Part shown: piece after piece, positions 30,639 to 42,371 of the stretch
Numbering within the stretch: position 1 is the stretch's first letter
How the letters are laid out: the number at the start of each line of letters is the position of its first letter
Origin: Candidatus Hydrogenedentota bacterium
GTDB lineage: Bacteria; Hydrogenedentota; Hydrogenedentia; Hydrogenedentales; SLHB01
Assembly (NCBI GenBank): GCA_963668025.2
Contig: CAXXTH010000017.1
Location: 896,001 to 960,000 of the forward strand
DNA: 64,000 bases
Direction: 5' to 3'
Translations under genes and position numbers: made by a program
The notes under the pieces: model-generated
The model's input: the letters and a program-made list of their open reading frames with translations, nothing else
Database searches by the model: none
What the model was told of the DNA's origin: nothing

Positions 30639-30677
30639 GCGTATTCACCCCTCTACGGATATTCCGGGCCGCCGCAT

Positions 30678-31262
30678 TTACCACAGCTTATTTTCTTCGC
30701 CTCGAAATATCCGCTGGATATTGCTTCGATGTTTGACGATGACCAATACCGCCACGAGTATCGCCACAATGCGCAAGGTCCAGCCGTATGGCATCGCGAC
30801 AACCGATATGGCCAGCGCCAGCGCCGCCAGGCAAGAGCCCGCACTCACCATATGAGTGGCCGCCACCACGAGAATAAATACAAGCGCCGCGATCAACATG
30901 GGCCCGGGGCACAATCCCAGGAATACGCCTGCGCTCGTGGCCACGCCTTTGCCGCCGCGAAACCGGACAAACACCGAGAAGGTGTGCCCAAGAATCGCCG
31001 CCACGCCGCACGCCAAAGGCGCCCATTCATACGGCGCAAACCGGGCGAACAGCACGACGGGCAGGTAACCTTTGGTTATATCCAATAGCAAGGCGGCGGC
31101 CCCGAGGGGTTTGCCGAGGACGCGCAACGTATTGGTGGCTCCGATGTTGCGGCTGCCATGCTCGCGGATGTCAATCCCCTTGAAGCGCAGGCCCAGCCAT
31201 AAGCCGAAGGGGCATGCGCCCAACAAATACGAGCAGGCCAAAGCGGCGAAGGCCGCGATCAT
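30678..31262 (-). CDS. plsY: Glycerol-3-phosphate acyltransferase PlsY
   Basis: DIREHGSRNIGATNTLR, GH.FSVF.RFRGGKGVAT, KHRSNI.R. Confidence 0.95.
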   Translation of the reverse strand: MIAAFAALACSYLLGACPFGLWLGLRFKGIDIREHGSRNIGATNTLRVLGKPLGAAALLLDITKGYLPVVLFARFAPYEWAPLACGVAAILGHTFSVFVRFRGGKGVATSAGVFLGLCPGPMLIAALVFILVVAATHMVSAGSCLAALALAISVVAMPYGWTLRIVAILVAVLVIVKHRSNIQRIFRGEENKLW

Positions 31263-32683
31263 GCTTCTTCCTCCTCGCTTTCGGTGCGTTTTGTACGCGG
31301 GCCGCGCGCAGGGCGTTCCGTTTTCTCTTCCCGCACTTCGAGCGTGAGGGGCACGCCGTCGAAACCATACTTCTCGCGCAATTGGTTTTCGATATACCGC
31401 AAATAACTGAAGTGGAACAAACGCTTCTGATTGACGAATAGCACGAACGTTGTAGGCCGCACGCCCGCTTGAGTGACGTATAATATCTTGGCGCGCTTGC
31501 CTTTGTGCATGGCCGTCGGCAAATCCTGCTTGAGGCTCTCGACGAAACGGTTCAATTCGCCCGTGCCCACGCGGAACCGGGCCATGCCCGCCACGCGGTC
31601 GATATATTCGAAAATCGAAAACAGGCGCTGGCGAGTCAGATTCGAGATGGTGACATACGGCACGTATTTAAGGAAGGGCGCTTTAAGCTCCATCTCGCTT
31701 GCGATGGATTTAAACTTCGCTTCTTTATCCTCGATCAGATCCCATTTGGTCCATACCAAGATCATGGCCGTGCCCTGCTGGCGCACATACTCGCAGATCC
31801 GCTTATCTTGTTCGGATAGGCCGTCGGTGGCATCCATCATGATGAGACACACATCCGCCCGGCGGATGCTCCGCAGCGAGCGGGCCACACTGTAGCGCTC
31901 GACTTCCCGCGTAATGCCTGCTTTGCGCCGCAAGCCCGCCGTATCAATGAATAAATATTCCTTGTCTTGCCAGGTGAACTCGATATCCAGGGCGTCGCGC
32001 GTCGTGCCGGGGATATCGGTGACGATGGTGCGCTCTTCGTTGAGAATGGCGTTGATGAAAGACGATTTGCCTACGTTAGGCTTGCCGATGACGGCCACTT
32101 TGGTGATGATTTCTTCTTCGGCGGATGCTTCGCCTTCCCCTTCCGGCTCTTCAATCGCTTCGCCCTCGGGCAAAGCGGGCAGGTGTTCCAACACGGCAGC
32201 CATCAGCTCATCGATGCCCATATTATGGGAGGCGGAGATGGCGTATGGTTCGCCGAGGCCCAGCGAGTAGAATTCGGTGCGGTTTTGTTCGAGCTTGGCG
32301 TTATCGAGTTTGTTCACCGCCAGCACCACCGGTTTTCCATACCGGAACAGCTCCGAACACACTTCTTCGTCGACGCGCGTGATTTCCTGCTGGCCATCCA
32401 GGACAAACAGGATCACGGTGGCCTCCTCGAGGGCGGCCCGGGCCTGTTCCTGCATTTTATGCGTAATCGGGTCGAGCGGATTCTCGACAATGCCGCCCGT
32501 ATCCACGAGGCGGAACCGGCGGCCCTCCCACGCGGCGCTTACGATGAACCGGTCGCGCGTGATGCCTTCCTCTTTATGCACAATGGCGCTTTGCCGGCCC
32601 GTGATGCGGTTGAATAGGGTGGATTTGCCCACGTTGGGCCGGCCGCAAATGGCCACCAGGGGCAAACGCCGCAGCTTAGTCAT
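31259..32683 (-). CDS. der: Ribosome biogenesis GTPase Der
   Basis: Two GTPase domains (GRPNVGKST/DTGG/NKLD and GKPNVGKSS/DTAG/TKWD) and a KH-like C-terminus with SYLRYIEN. Confidence 0.96.
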   Translation of the reverse strand: MTKLRRLPLVAICGRPNVGKSTLFNRITGRQSAIVHKEEGITRDRFIVSAAWEGRRFRLVDTGGIVENPLDPITHKMQEQARAALEEATVILFVLDGQQEITRVDEEVCSELFRYGKPVVLAVNKLDNAKLEQNRTEFYSLGLGEPYAISASHNMGIDELMAAVLEHLPALPEGEAIEEPEGEGEASAEEEIITKVAVIGKPNVGKSSFINAILNEERTIVTDIPGTTRDALDIEFTWQDKEYLFIDTAGLRRKAGITREVERYSVARSLRSIRRADVCLIMMDATDGLSEQDKRICEYVRQQGTAMILVWTKWDLIEDKEAKFKSIASEMELKAPFLKYVPYVTISNLTRQRLFSIFEYIDRVAGMARFRVGTGELNRFVESLKQDLPTAMHKGKRAKILYVTQAGVRPTTFVLFVNQKRLFHFSYLRYIENQLREKYGFDGVPLTLEVREEKTERPARGPRTKRTESEEEEA

Positions 32684-33233
32684 GCGAAATATCCTCATTT
32701 CCAATTTGTTTGACGCCATCACGTAAATAATCGAAGAACGATACCACGGATACGGCCAGCGTGACATACACCACCAGCAGCGTAAACCGCATATCGAGCA
32801 ACACCGCATACACGGTGGCCATTTGAAGCACCGTGTTCAGCTTGCCCGAGAACCGGGGCCGTATATTTACGGGACCGTATAGCTCGTTTATCAAATACGC
32901 TCCAATGCTGATAATAACGTCCCGGCTCAGCATAATCACGGGAAACCATGCCGGAATAGGATACGCCAGCTCCCTATTCACCGCTAAGAACACGAAAGCG
33001 ACATTGATAAGCAATTTATCCGCCATCGGATCGAGCACGGCCCCGAGGCGGGTTTTCTGATTATACACCCGGGCCACGAAGCCGTCGAGGCCATCCGATA
33101 CCGACGCCACGATGAACACCGCCAGCGCGGCATACCGGAACACCTGCTCCTCGCGCGTGAACGACATGATCAACACGGCGAACACCGGAATCAATATGAT
33201 ACGCGTAATGGTAATCCGGTTTGCGAGCGTCAT
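32676..33233 (-). CDS. pgsA: CDP-alcohol phosphatidyltransferase (PgsA-like)
   Basis: LANRITITRI, SDGLDGFVAR...TRLGAVLDPMADK. Confidence 0.82.
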   Translation of the reverse strand: MTLANRITITRIILIPVFAVLIMSFTREEQVFRYAALAVFIVASVSDGLDGFVARVYNQKTRLGAVLDPMADKLLINVAFVFLAVNRELAYPIPAWFPVIMLSRDVIISIGAYLINELYGPVNIRPRFSGKLNTVLQMATVYAVLLDMRFTLLVVYVTLAVSVVSFFDYLRDGVKQIGNEDISHD

Positions 33234-33437
33234 AAAAATCCAGCTCCCCTGGCGATGCGTTACCTGCGCGCTTGCCCCGCTGCACGCCCCTCTAATGTCC
33301 AAATGCCAAGGTATAGATACCATAAAGGAGGGGGATATAAGAAACGGGGGGCGTCAAAAGTGAATTATTATACGATGCAAGGCTGGATAAAAAACGGCGC
33401 ATTGGCGGCATTCATGAAAATCGGTAGAGATGCACCA

Positions 33438-34418
33438 CTAGCGCGCCCCGCTCAAATGGCGCGCCAGCCAGCCGGTGATGGGCTCCATTTCGAAAGAAGG
33501 CTCCTCCACCGCGCCGACGTTCTGGCCAAGGACGGCAGCGATGACAAATGGATCTTTTCGGATTTCCTGGTCGAACCAGTCCAGCCACGCTTCGTATGGT
33601 TCAGGTGCGCCGTTCCCGCCGCTTCCTGTCCATGCGGCATGCACGAGCAACGGCATATCCGCCAGCCTGGGATGGGTGCGCGAGAAATAGTCATAAGCCA
33701 TGCGATAGCGCAAGGAGGTTTCACGCGCTTTCGCGGGGTCCATGGAAAGGTCCGTGGAGTAGGCGGGATATCCCCAGGCTCCATAACAGTGTTTCGCGGC
33801 GTATAGGGCGGGCGCATAGGCGTCCAGTTTCGCTTCCATTTCCTCGAGCGGGCCTGGCGGAATGGCCGTGGTGATGGGGCCGATGCAGGGCCGCAATCCC
33901 ATTTGTGCGATTCGTTTGGCGATGCGCGCATCGAAACGGCCCCGCCAGGCCGCCGATTCGAGCGTTTCCCAGCCGGGTATGCCATCGCACCCGCTTGGCC
34001 CTTCGAGAAAACCAATCAACGCGCGTTCTCCTGGCGCAAGCTTGGCCAGCGCCGGGGCCAGCACCCGGGCAAACCAATCATCGGCGGAGGCTTTTGGATT
34101 GCCTGCAAGCGCATAGCGGATTCCCGTGGCGTTCTCCGTGATGCGCACCACCAACCCGCCTGGGGGATGAAGCCGTTTGTATTCGCTCATTGCGATACGC
34201 TGGCTGGGATTGCGTTGCGGATCGAGCGCCTGGAGGACACGCGGGGCCGCCTCCACCACTTCCTGTGCGCCCGGTGTATAGTCTTCCGCCACATACAGCG
34301 AAAGCTTGCTTTTCGAGAGGAACGGCGAATCTTCTCCACATGCGCAAGGCGATGGTGCATGGGCGCATGCCGCCAGCAGCAGCGCCGCGCCCGACGCGGT
34401 GATGACGCGGAGTCTCAC
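33438..34418 (-). CDS. Hypothetical lipoprotein
   Basis: GTG start after GGGAG; lipobox LLAAC; co-oriented in the operon. Confidence 0.6.
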   Translation of the reverse strand: MRLRVITASGAALLLAACAHAPSPCACGEDSPFLSKSKLSLYVAEDYTPGAQEVVEAAPRVLQALDPQRNPSQRIAMSEYKRLHPPGGLVVRITENATGIRYALAGNPKASADDWFARVLAPALAKLAPGERALIGFLEGPSGCDGIPGWETLESAAWRGRFDARIAKRIAQMGLRPCIGPITTAIPPGPLEEMEAKLDAYAPALYAAKHCYGAWGYPAYSTDLSMDPAKARETSLRYRMAYDYFSRTHPRLADMPLLVHAAWTGSGGNGAPEPYEAWLDWFDQEIRKDPFVIAAVLGQNVGAVEEPSFEMEPITGWLARHLSGAR

Positions 34419-34431
34419 GTGGAAACGCTCC

Positions 34432-35508
34432 CTACGATTTTTGCTCCGCTGGAACGGCGGCGGCAGGGGGGGCTGTTGATGGGGCGGCGGGATCTGCATT
34501 GGCCGCAAAGGGGATGCCGTCCGCCACGGATTTCGTGTCGGAATGCACGGTGAAATCGATGCGGCCACGCAACTGCCCCTTGGGCGCCGTTTCGGAGATA
34601 CGCACCTCGATCACGAGTTCATTCGGGTTTTGCCCGGGCCGGACATTCGGCTGGACGAGTTCATTGGACGCTTTTAAGCCGTCGATTTGGATAGGCGTAT
34701 CCGCGCAAATCGTCAGCACATTCGGCGAGACTTGCCCCTGCGCGACGCGCCCTAAATTCAGCAAATGATTAGGGGTGATTTTATAGAAGGGAACGACTTG
34801 CCCTTTCACTTGCACGGTAAAACCTTGGGCCATGCGCGCTACATTCGTAAAAAGGCGCACCACGCCTGGCACCTTGCCACGCGCCGCCGTCTCCGACACT
34901 TTCCCTGTGATCCAGTATTCCGCCTTGCCCGGCGAAAGCCATTCGGATTCGGGCCGTTTTTCGAATGTATATATGATATCCTGGTTTGGTGAGGAAAGCG
35001 CTACGCGTTCAATCGCCACTGGCTCTTCGCGTAATTGGCGCAGCAAAATCCGCCGGGTCACGGATTCGCCTTTAGGCACGTCGCCAAAATCAAACAGGCC
35101 CGGCTCCAAACTGAATTCTGGATCAATTTTAGCCGTCATCTTGACCGAGAGCGAGCGCGCGGTCGGATCATCCGTGATTAAAACGATGCTCTTTTGCGCA
35201 TCAAACCCCGCCACTTTTGCCGGATCGAGCTCCACTAACAAGCGGGTCGTAGCTCCTGGCGCAAGCACGTCCTGCTCGATTTTTCCCGATACGCACCCGC
35301 AAGACCCGCGCACGGATTTGATATGCAAATCGGCATCCCCCGTATTCTGGACCGTGGTTTCGCCTTTGGCGATTTGCGTGCCGGGCACCGTGCCCATGTT
35401 AATCTCTCTGGTTCCGGCCACTACCACCGGCCCCGCATAGGCCATGGCGGACGCCAGCAGGCTGAACACCCATATCGGAAGCACATAACGAGGAAGCAGT
35501 ATACGCAT
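34432..35508 (-). CDS. Secreted DUF1573 (Ig-like) domain protein
   Basis: NTGDADLHIKSVRGSCGC...LAPG motif; repeated beta-rich domains; signal peptide. Confidence 0.85.
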   Translation of the reverse strand: MRILLPRYVLPIWVFSLLASAMAYAGPVVVAGTREINMGTVPGTQIAKGETTVQNTGDADLHIKSVRGSCGCVSGKIEQDVLAPGATTRLLVELDPAKVAGFDAQKSIVLITDDPTARSLSVKMTAKIDPEFSLEPGLFDFGDVPKGESVTRRILLRQLREEPVAIERVALSSPNQDIIYTFEKRPESEWLSPGKAEYWITGKVSETAARGKVPGVVRLFTNVARMAQGFTVQVKGQVVPFYKITPNHLLNLGRVAQGQVSPNVLTICADTPIQIDGLKASNELVQPNVRPGQNPNELVIEVRISETAPKGQLRGRIDFTVHSDTKSVADGIPFAANADPAAPSTAPPAAAVPAEQKS

Positions 35509-35739
35509 ACGAATGGACTCCTGAGCAGCTCATTGTCCCGTGCGCCAAAGTGGACCGTATTTATTCCACATTTTTCCGCCTCTTGATGCTATCGGGAAGC
35601 CCAAAAGACGGCCGGGATTGATTGTGCGCCTTGCAGGGCCGCCCATGCAACTCACCCAACCGGCGTGGCAAAAAAAGACTGCAATTGGAAGAAGAAGCCT
35701 TTTTCTTTTTCATGCCGTTGTGTATCATGCATTTCTTGG

Positions 35740-37170
35740 ATGAATGAACGCCTCAAATGGCCCCAAGTTCGAGGCGAGCAGGAGCGGATTGTGCGATTGC
35801 CATTAGTGCCATTATTGCGGGAACTCGACTCGGCCCCCCGCCGTTTTTTGGTTTTTTCCGTATTTAATGTGATCTCATGGCAATGTATTGCCGGTCCCAT
35901 GCTGGTGCTGTTGGGCCGAAAAGTAGGCATGCCCGCCTCCTGGATCGGGATGCTGCTCTCTTTCCTGCCCTTTTCCATGGTGTTGCTCATCGCCACGGTT
36001 CCCTTGATGCATCGTTTTGGGTGCAAACGGCTCATGCTGGCCACGTGGCTCTTGCGGAATCTAGCCGCGTGCCTGGCATTCGCCATGCCTTGGGCCATGG
36101 CTGCCTGGGGCGTACGCGGCGGATGGTATGTGCTGCTGGCGTCCGTGCTGGCGTTTTGCGTGATGCGCGCCGCAGGCGTTGGCGGATGGTTTCCTTGGCT
36201 GCATTCCTTATTGCCGGTGCGGCAGCGTGGGGCCTATTTCAGCGCGGAAGCTTCCGTTGTGCAGATTGTCACGGTTGCCGTGGGGATCATCCAAGCCCAG
36301 TTATTGAGTGGCGACGCCAGCCTGGGGCGTTATCTTTTCGTATACAGCATAGGCGTAGCCGCAGGGATCTTCAGCCTGTTGTTGATGGGCCGGATTCCGT
36401 ACGACGAGAGCATCGAGGTCGAAGCGCAAGAACACGCCGGACTCCGGTCGCATTGGCAAGCGCTGCATGATCGGAATTACATCCACTTTATCGCGAACGC
36501 GGCCGTTTCGTATTTCGCCATGTCTTGGCTCACCTCCATCATGGTGCTCTATATGCGCGATATACTTAATCTTTCCTCGCAATCCATCCTCATCCATACG
36601 TCCATCGGCAGCCTGGCCATTTTGTTGACCATCCGCTCCTGGCAAAAATTCGCGGAGTACAACGGCGATACGGCGGCTATATCCAGTTCACTCGCCGCGA
36701 CGGGATTATCCGCCACCTGTTTTCTCGTATTAATACCTGGTACGACTTGGATCGGCGTGGCGCTGCCGGTGTCGGTGATTTTGGCGTATGTGTTCACGGC
36801 GGCCTACAATATGGCGGTGCAGCGCTCCATGATGAATCTTGTGCCGGAGAGCGAACGCATGGGTTACATGAATGTATGGGTGATTGGCACATCGCTGGCG
36901 CAAGGATGCGCGCCCATTCTCGCTGGCAAGATCATTGATCAATGGGAGCTGGCGGGCTTTCGATTTTGTTTCGCCCTCTCCGCGATATTATCGTTGCTGT
37001 GCGCGTTTGCGGTTCGGTATAAAGCCAGGTCCGAATCGGCTTCGAGTGGAAACATGCTGTATATGTTGAATCCGGCGTTCTCTTTGCGGGGGCTGGCGCG
37101 GATCGCTTGGATCACCATTGGACTCGACAAGAGCAACACGGATACAACCGCGAAGGACACGCGTGAATAA
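35740..37170 (+). CDS. MFS transporter
   Basis: About 12 hydrophobic segments; HRFGCKRL and P..QRG.YF loop motifs; start uncertain. Confidence 0.8.
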   Translation: MNERLKWPQVRGEQERIVRLPLVPLLRELDSAPRRFLVFSVFNVISWQCIAGPMLVLLGRKVGMPASWIGMLLSFLPFSMVLLIATVPLMHRFGCKRLMLATWLLRNLAACLAFAMPWAMAAWGVRGGWYVLLASVLAFCVMRAAGVGGWFPWLHSLLPVRQRGAYFSAEASVVQIVTVAVGIIQAQLLSGDASLGRYLFVYSIGVAAGIFSLLLMGRIPYDESIEVEAQEHAGLRSHWQALHDRNYIHFIANAAVSYFAMSWLTSIMVLYMRDILNLSSQSILIHTSIGSLAILLTIRSWQKFAEYNGDTAAISSSLAATGLSATCFLVLIPGTTWIGVALPVSVILAYVFTAAYNMAVQRSMMNLVPESERMGYMNVWVIGTSLAQGCAPILAGKIIDQWELAGFRFCFALSAILSLLCAFAVRYKARSESASSGNMLYMLNPAFSLRGLARIAWITIGLDKSNTDTTAKDTRE

Positions 37171-37445
37171 GGCCGGATTCGGGTGTGGGCCTTCATGCTT
37201 GAAATTAGCCCTGTCGAATGCCCAGGCCACGAGTGAGCACAAGCAAACAACCTTATCCCTCGCTGCGGCGTGAGTAAGGGCTTCTTTGGCCTGTCTATTT
37301 TTGGAGGATTTCGCCTAATTGGAAAAGTCTGTTTCGTTCCGGGCAAGGTCTTTGGTATAATCGCCCCCCTTACGTGGTACGCGCACGCGAAAACCGGCTG
37401 TCGGCCATGCGGCGTGCTTCCCATAACAAAAGAAGGAGCCTACTT

Positions 37446-38408
37446 GTGAAGAGAATACTTGATGCGGGATTGATCCTGGCCTTGCTGCTTACTTTTCTGC
37501 CCGCTTGCGCGCAGGAAGCCGCGCCACCCGCGCCACCGCCAGCCGCTGCCGCCGCTGATCCCGCCACTGATCCCGCCGCTGCCGCCACACCAGAAACGTC
37601 TTCGGCCTCAGTTGACTTCGCTAACGATGATGAGAAAATTAGCTATCTCATGGGAGCCGATATGGGGGCAAGATTCGGCAAATACGGCTTTACGATTAGC
37701 CCTGAAAAATTCATGAAAGGTTTTGAAGATGGGAAAGCAGGCAATCCGCCAGCCTTCTCGAATGAAGAACAGCAAAAACTCGGGATGGATTTTAAGGCCC
37801 GCATCGGCACCAAGCAGAAGGAAGAACAAAAGAAACTGGCGGATGAGAATATCGTGAAGGCCAATGAGTTCCTCGAAAAAAATAAGGCCGCGGAAGGCGT
37901 CGTCACGCTGCCCAGCGGATTACAATATAAAGTGCTCACGGACGGCACGGGCGAAATACCAAAAACCACCGATAAAGTGGAAGTGAATTACAGAGGCACG
38001 TTGGTTGATGGCACGGAGTTTGACAGCTCCTATAAGCGGAACAAGCCATTCGCCACGGCGGTCAACAAGGACGTCATCAAAGGCTGGCAAGAAGCGCTGC
38101 AATTGATGAAAGTCGGCTCGAAGTGGCAGTTGTTCGTCCCGCCGGCGCTTGCCTATGGCGAGCGGGGCAACCGCGGCATTCCTCCCAATTCGGCGCTTAT
38201 TTTTGAAATAGAAATGCTGCGAATCGTTCCGCCAGAGGAGAGCGCGCCCAAAGCTGGTCCGAATATGAATCCGAACGTGCAAGTCGTTCCGTCTCCCACG
38301 ACTGTAGCGCCCGGCGTACCGGCTGCACCGGCTGTTGCACCGGCAACCCCGGCTACTGCACCCGCTGCACCTGCTGCTGCACCGGCTGCACCCGCGCCTG
38401 CGCAATAA
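37446..38408 (+). CDS. fkpA: FKBP-type peptidyl-prolyl isomerase with Pro/Ala-rich tails
   Basis: SY.MG, SGLQYKVL..G.G, YRGTL.DGTEFDSS, VIKGW.EAL.LM.VG, LAYG, IPPNS.LIFE; AGGAG RBS with GTG start. Confidence 0.88.
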   Translation: MKRILDAGLILALLLTFLPACAQEAAPPAPPPAAAAADPATDPAAAATPETSSASVDFANDDEKISYLMGADMGARFGKYGFTISPEKFMKGFEDGKAGNPPAFSNEEQQKLGMDFKARIGTKQKEEQKKLADENIVKANEFLEKNKAAEGVVTLPSGLQYKVLTDGTGEIPKTTDKVEVNYRGTLVDGTEFDSSYKRNKPFATAVNKDVIKGWQEALQLMKVGSKWQLFVPPALAYGERGNRGIPPNSALIFEIEMLRIVPPEESAPKAGPNMNPNVQVVPSPTTVAPGVPAAPAVAPATPATAPAAPAAAPAAPAPAQ

Positions 38409-38423
38409 TACGAGTTGTACAGT

Positions 38424-38464
38424 AAAGGGGGAAAGCAGCCGAATCCGGGCTTGCTTTCCCCTTT
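38424..38464. terminator. Bidirectional terminator between convergent genes
   Basis: AAAGGGGGAAAGCA...TGCTTTCCCCTTT. Confidence 0.65.
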
Positions 38465-38478
38465 ATCTTTTCGGTCTT

Positions 38479-38874
38479 CTACCAAACAGCGTATTCCGCC
38501 GGCCTGGCAATATAGAACAACAGCGCGACACCGATATAGACAATCCCCAGCAAACGGTGGGGCGTATTGCCTTTCGCCAGCCAGGCTTCATTGAGCACAA
38601 TCATGGGCTCGGGCAGGAGCAAGTTCACCCCGCCCGCCAATACGTGCGCGAGCACCATGGCCTCGAAGAAGAGATCTTTCCAGCCCGCCCCTTCTTTGAA
38701 GAAAAACAGCATCAACGCCAGCGCCACCAGCGCCGTCCCGAACATGCGCACCTTGCGAGGATGCGTTAATGCCGTGATAAAGCGCCGTTCTATTGCCGTG
38801 AACGCCACGCTCGATACGCCGAGCAGGCCATACATCAAGATAAAGGCCCAATCCACCATTAGCGCGAGAACCAT
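38479..38874 (-). CDS. Small integral membrane protein
   Basis: Four hydrophobic segments in 131 aa. Confidence 0.6.
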   Translation of the reverse strand: MVLALMVDWAFILMYGLLGVSSVAFTAIERRFITALTHPRKVRMFGTALVALALMLFFFKEGAGWKDLFFEAMVLAHVLAGGVNLLLPEPMIVLNEAWLAKGNTPHRLLGIVYIGVALLFYIARPAEYAVW

Positions 38875-39030
38875 ATGCTACGCCCTTTCTTATTCCCGGC
38901 CTGTGCTTGTTGGTTGATTATAAAATCCCCGTGCAGGTGAAACAATGAGTGGAACCATGCCGTATCCTTGGGGTTTAAAAGAACGGCAGCCGAACCTGCA
39001 AATGGAAACGAATGAAAAGGAGCAAGTAGC

Positions 39031-39693
39031 ATGCATAGGCAATCCCGTATCTATTGGTGCGTATCCGTGATGATTCTGGCGCTTGCGGCCTGGGGCATTC
39101 CCGCATGGGCGCAGCCTGCCGAAACCGGCCAGGAAACAAAATATGCTGGCCCCGCCAAAGCGGACGCCAATGGCGACAATCAAGTCACTTTTGATGAACT
39201 CAAGGCCGTGCGCACCGATTTGACCCAAGAGCAGTTCAACAAAATGGACACCAACAGTGATGGCGTACTGACGCAAGCTGACCGGCCAGATCCCGCAAAA
39301 CGCCGGGAAGCGTTCATGGCGAAACTATGGGAAGCGGATGCAGACTCGAACGGGCAAATCTCATTCGAGGAACTCAAGGCCAAGATGCCCAATCTCACCC
39401 AGGAACGGTTCAATAGAATGGACGCCAATGGCGATGGCGTTATCACCAAGGCGGATCACGAGGCCGCCCGCGAATCGGTTATGAAGGCGGACGCCAATGG
39501 CGACAAGCAAGTCTCATTTGATGAGCTCAAGGCGGTTCGGACCCAATTGACGCAGGAGCAATTCAACAAAATGGACCGGAATAGCGATGGCGTGCTGACT
39601 GCGGCGGATGTGCAGCGCCCAGCCCCCAGTGAAGTCAAGGGCGTGGAGGAAAAAGCCAAGAAAACCGCCAGCGAGGATAAACCGGCGTCATGA
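39031..39693 (+). CDS. Secreted multi-EF-hand protein
   Basis: Signal peptide; six DxNxDG-type loops in three tandem repeats (ADANGD.QV.FDELKA...FNKMD.NSDGVLT.AD). Confidence 0.85.
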   Translation: MHRQSRIYWCVSVMILALAAWGIPAWAQPAETGQETKYAGPAKADANGDNQVTFDELKAVRTDLTQEQFNKMDTNSDGVLTQADRPDPAKRREAFMAKLWEADADSNGQISFEELKAKMPNLTQERFNRMDANGDGVITKADHEAARESVMKADANGDKQVSFDELKAVRTQLTQEQFNKMDRNSDGVLTAADVQRPAPSEVKGVEEKAKKTASEDKPAS

Positions 39694-39802
39694 TAGGCCG
39701 CATGTTTTCCTTATAATCGAGCGTGGCATGGTCGTCCCGCCCATGAAGTAAGCGCTTCAGCCATTGTTTCATGGGTGGGACGCCATGCGACGGGAATGAA
39801 TG

Positions 39803-39840
39803 AAAAACCGCCCCTGGGCCGTGAAGCGCAGGGGCGGTTT
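39803..39840 (-). terminator. Terminator after groEL
   Basis: AAACCGCCCCTG...CAGGGGCGGTTT with a T-run on the minus strand. Confidence 0.75.
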
Positions 39841-39863
39841 GGCATTGTATGGAGTTTAGCGGC

Positions 39864-41498
<1,635 letters not shown>

Positions 41499-41573
41499 TT
41501 ATCCTCCATATTGCTCCTTATGCGGAGCGTGTCACCACCGACCATATCACTGAATAACCGCCGGGGTTTCAAT

Positions 41574-41861
41574 TTATTCGATGATCGCCAAGACATCGTC
41601 TTCGCGCATGATGATGTGCTCGATGCCGTCAATCTTCACTTCCGTACCCGCATATTTGCCCATGAGGATACGGTCGCCTTTTTTCACTTCGAGAGCTACG
41701 CGCTTGCCGTCTTCATCCAGTTTGCCAGGGCCGACTTCAACGACGCGGCCTTCTTGCGGCTTCTCTTTTGCGGTGTCCGGAATAATGATCCCGCCGCGAA
41801 CGGTCTCGCTCGGTTCTTCACGCTTCACCAAAATTCTATCTGCAAGCGGACGAACTTTCAT
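41574..41861 (-). CDS. groS: Co-chaperonin GroES
   Basis: [29 protein letters not shown]; AGGAGG RBS. Confidence 0.98.
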   Translation of the reverse strand: MKVRPLADRILVKREEPSETVRGGIIIPDTAKEKPQEGRVVEVGPGKLDEDGKRVALEVKKGDRILMGKYAGTEVKIDGIEHIIMREDDVLAIIE

Positions 41862-42005
41862 GGTCTACCTCCTGTTAGCGGCGCGCTGATGTGATACCAG
41901 CTTCGCCTGTCAGTTTGCTGTTTATTGTTATTGCCATTTTGACATATTCAGAACGCGAAAAGCAACTGTTTCGTGGCCGTTCCGCGCCTGAATGCACTTT
42001 TATAA

Positions 42006-42022
42006 AGCAAAGGGCATGCCAA
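42006..42022 (-). promoter_or_regulatory. Sigma54 (-24/-12) promoter upstream of groES
   Basis: Minus strand TTGGCATG-CCCT-TTGCT matches TGGCACG-N4-TTGC. Confidence 0.7.
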
Positions 42023-42181
42023 GTTGGTTGTCGTATATATAAAAGCTTGTAATATAATATGTTACGTAAATTTTTATGCGTTCGCTCCTCGGAGTGAAAA
42101 AGTGGCGTTTTGCCCATTTGGCATGCTTCCTTCCGATAAATCCGCAATCGAGGGGTATTGTCCTGCCAAAATGGCATGATA

Positions 42182-42208
42182 GTAGCACTCCTTATAATTG
42201 AGTGCCAA
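42182..42208 (-). promoter_or_regulatory. CIRCE element (HrcA operator)
   Basis: TTGGCACTC-N9-GAGTGCTAC versus consensus TTAGCACTC-N9-GAGTGCTAA. Confidence 0.85.
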
Positions 42209-42371
42209 GGCGAAGGCGCACAACACGTCCCGCCAGCCGCGAAATCTCCACGCATCCCGTGCTCATGAAATCCTAACTTCTTCTAAATGAAACAGTTATA
42301 TCATGCTCGCGTTGATTTGCGGCTTTAGAAATGATCCGCGCCATCGCTCGCGAAAAAGGATACCCCATACC

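Noticed and set aside
38320-38400. GCTGCACC-type tandem repeats
   Set aside because: They simply encode the Ala/Pro-rich tail of the FKBP protein.
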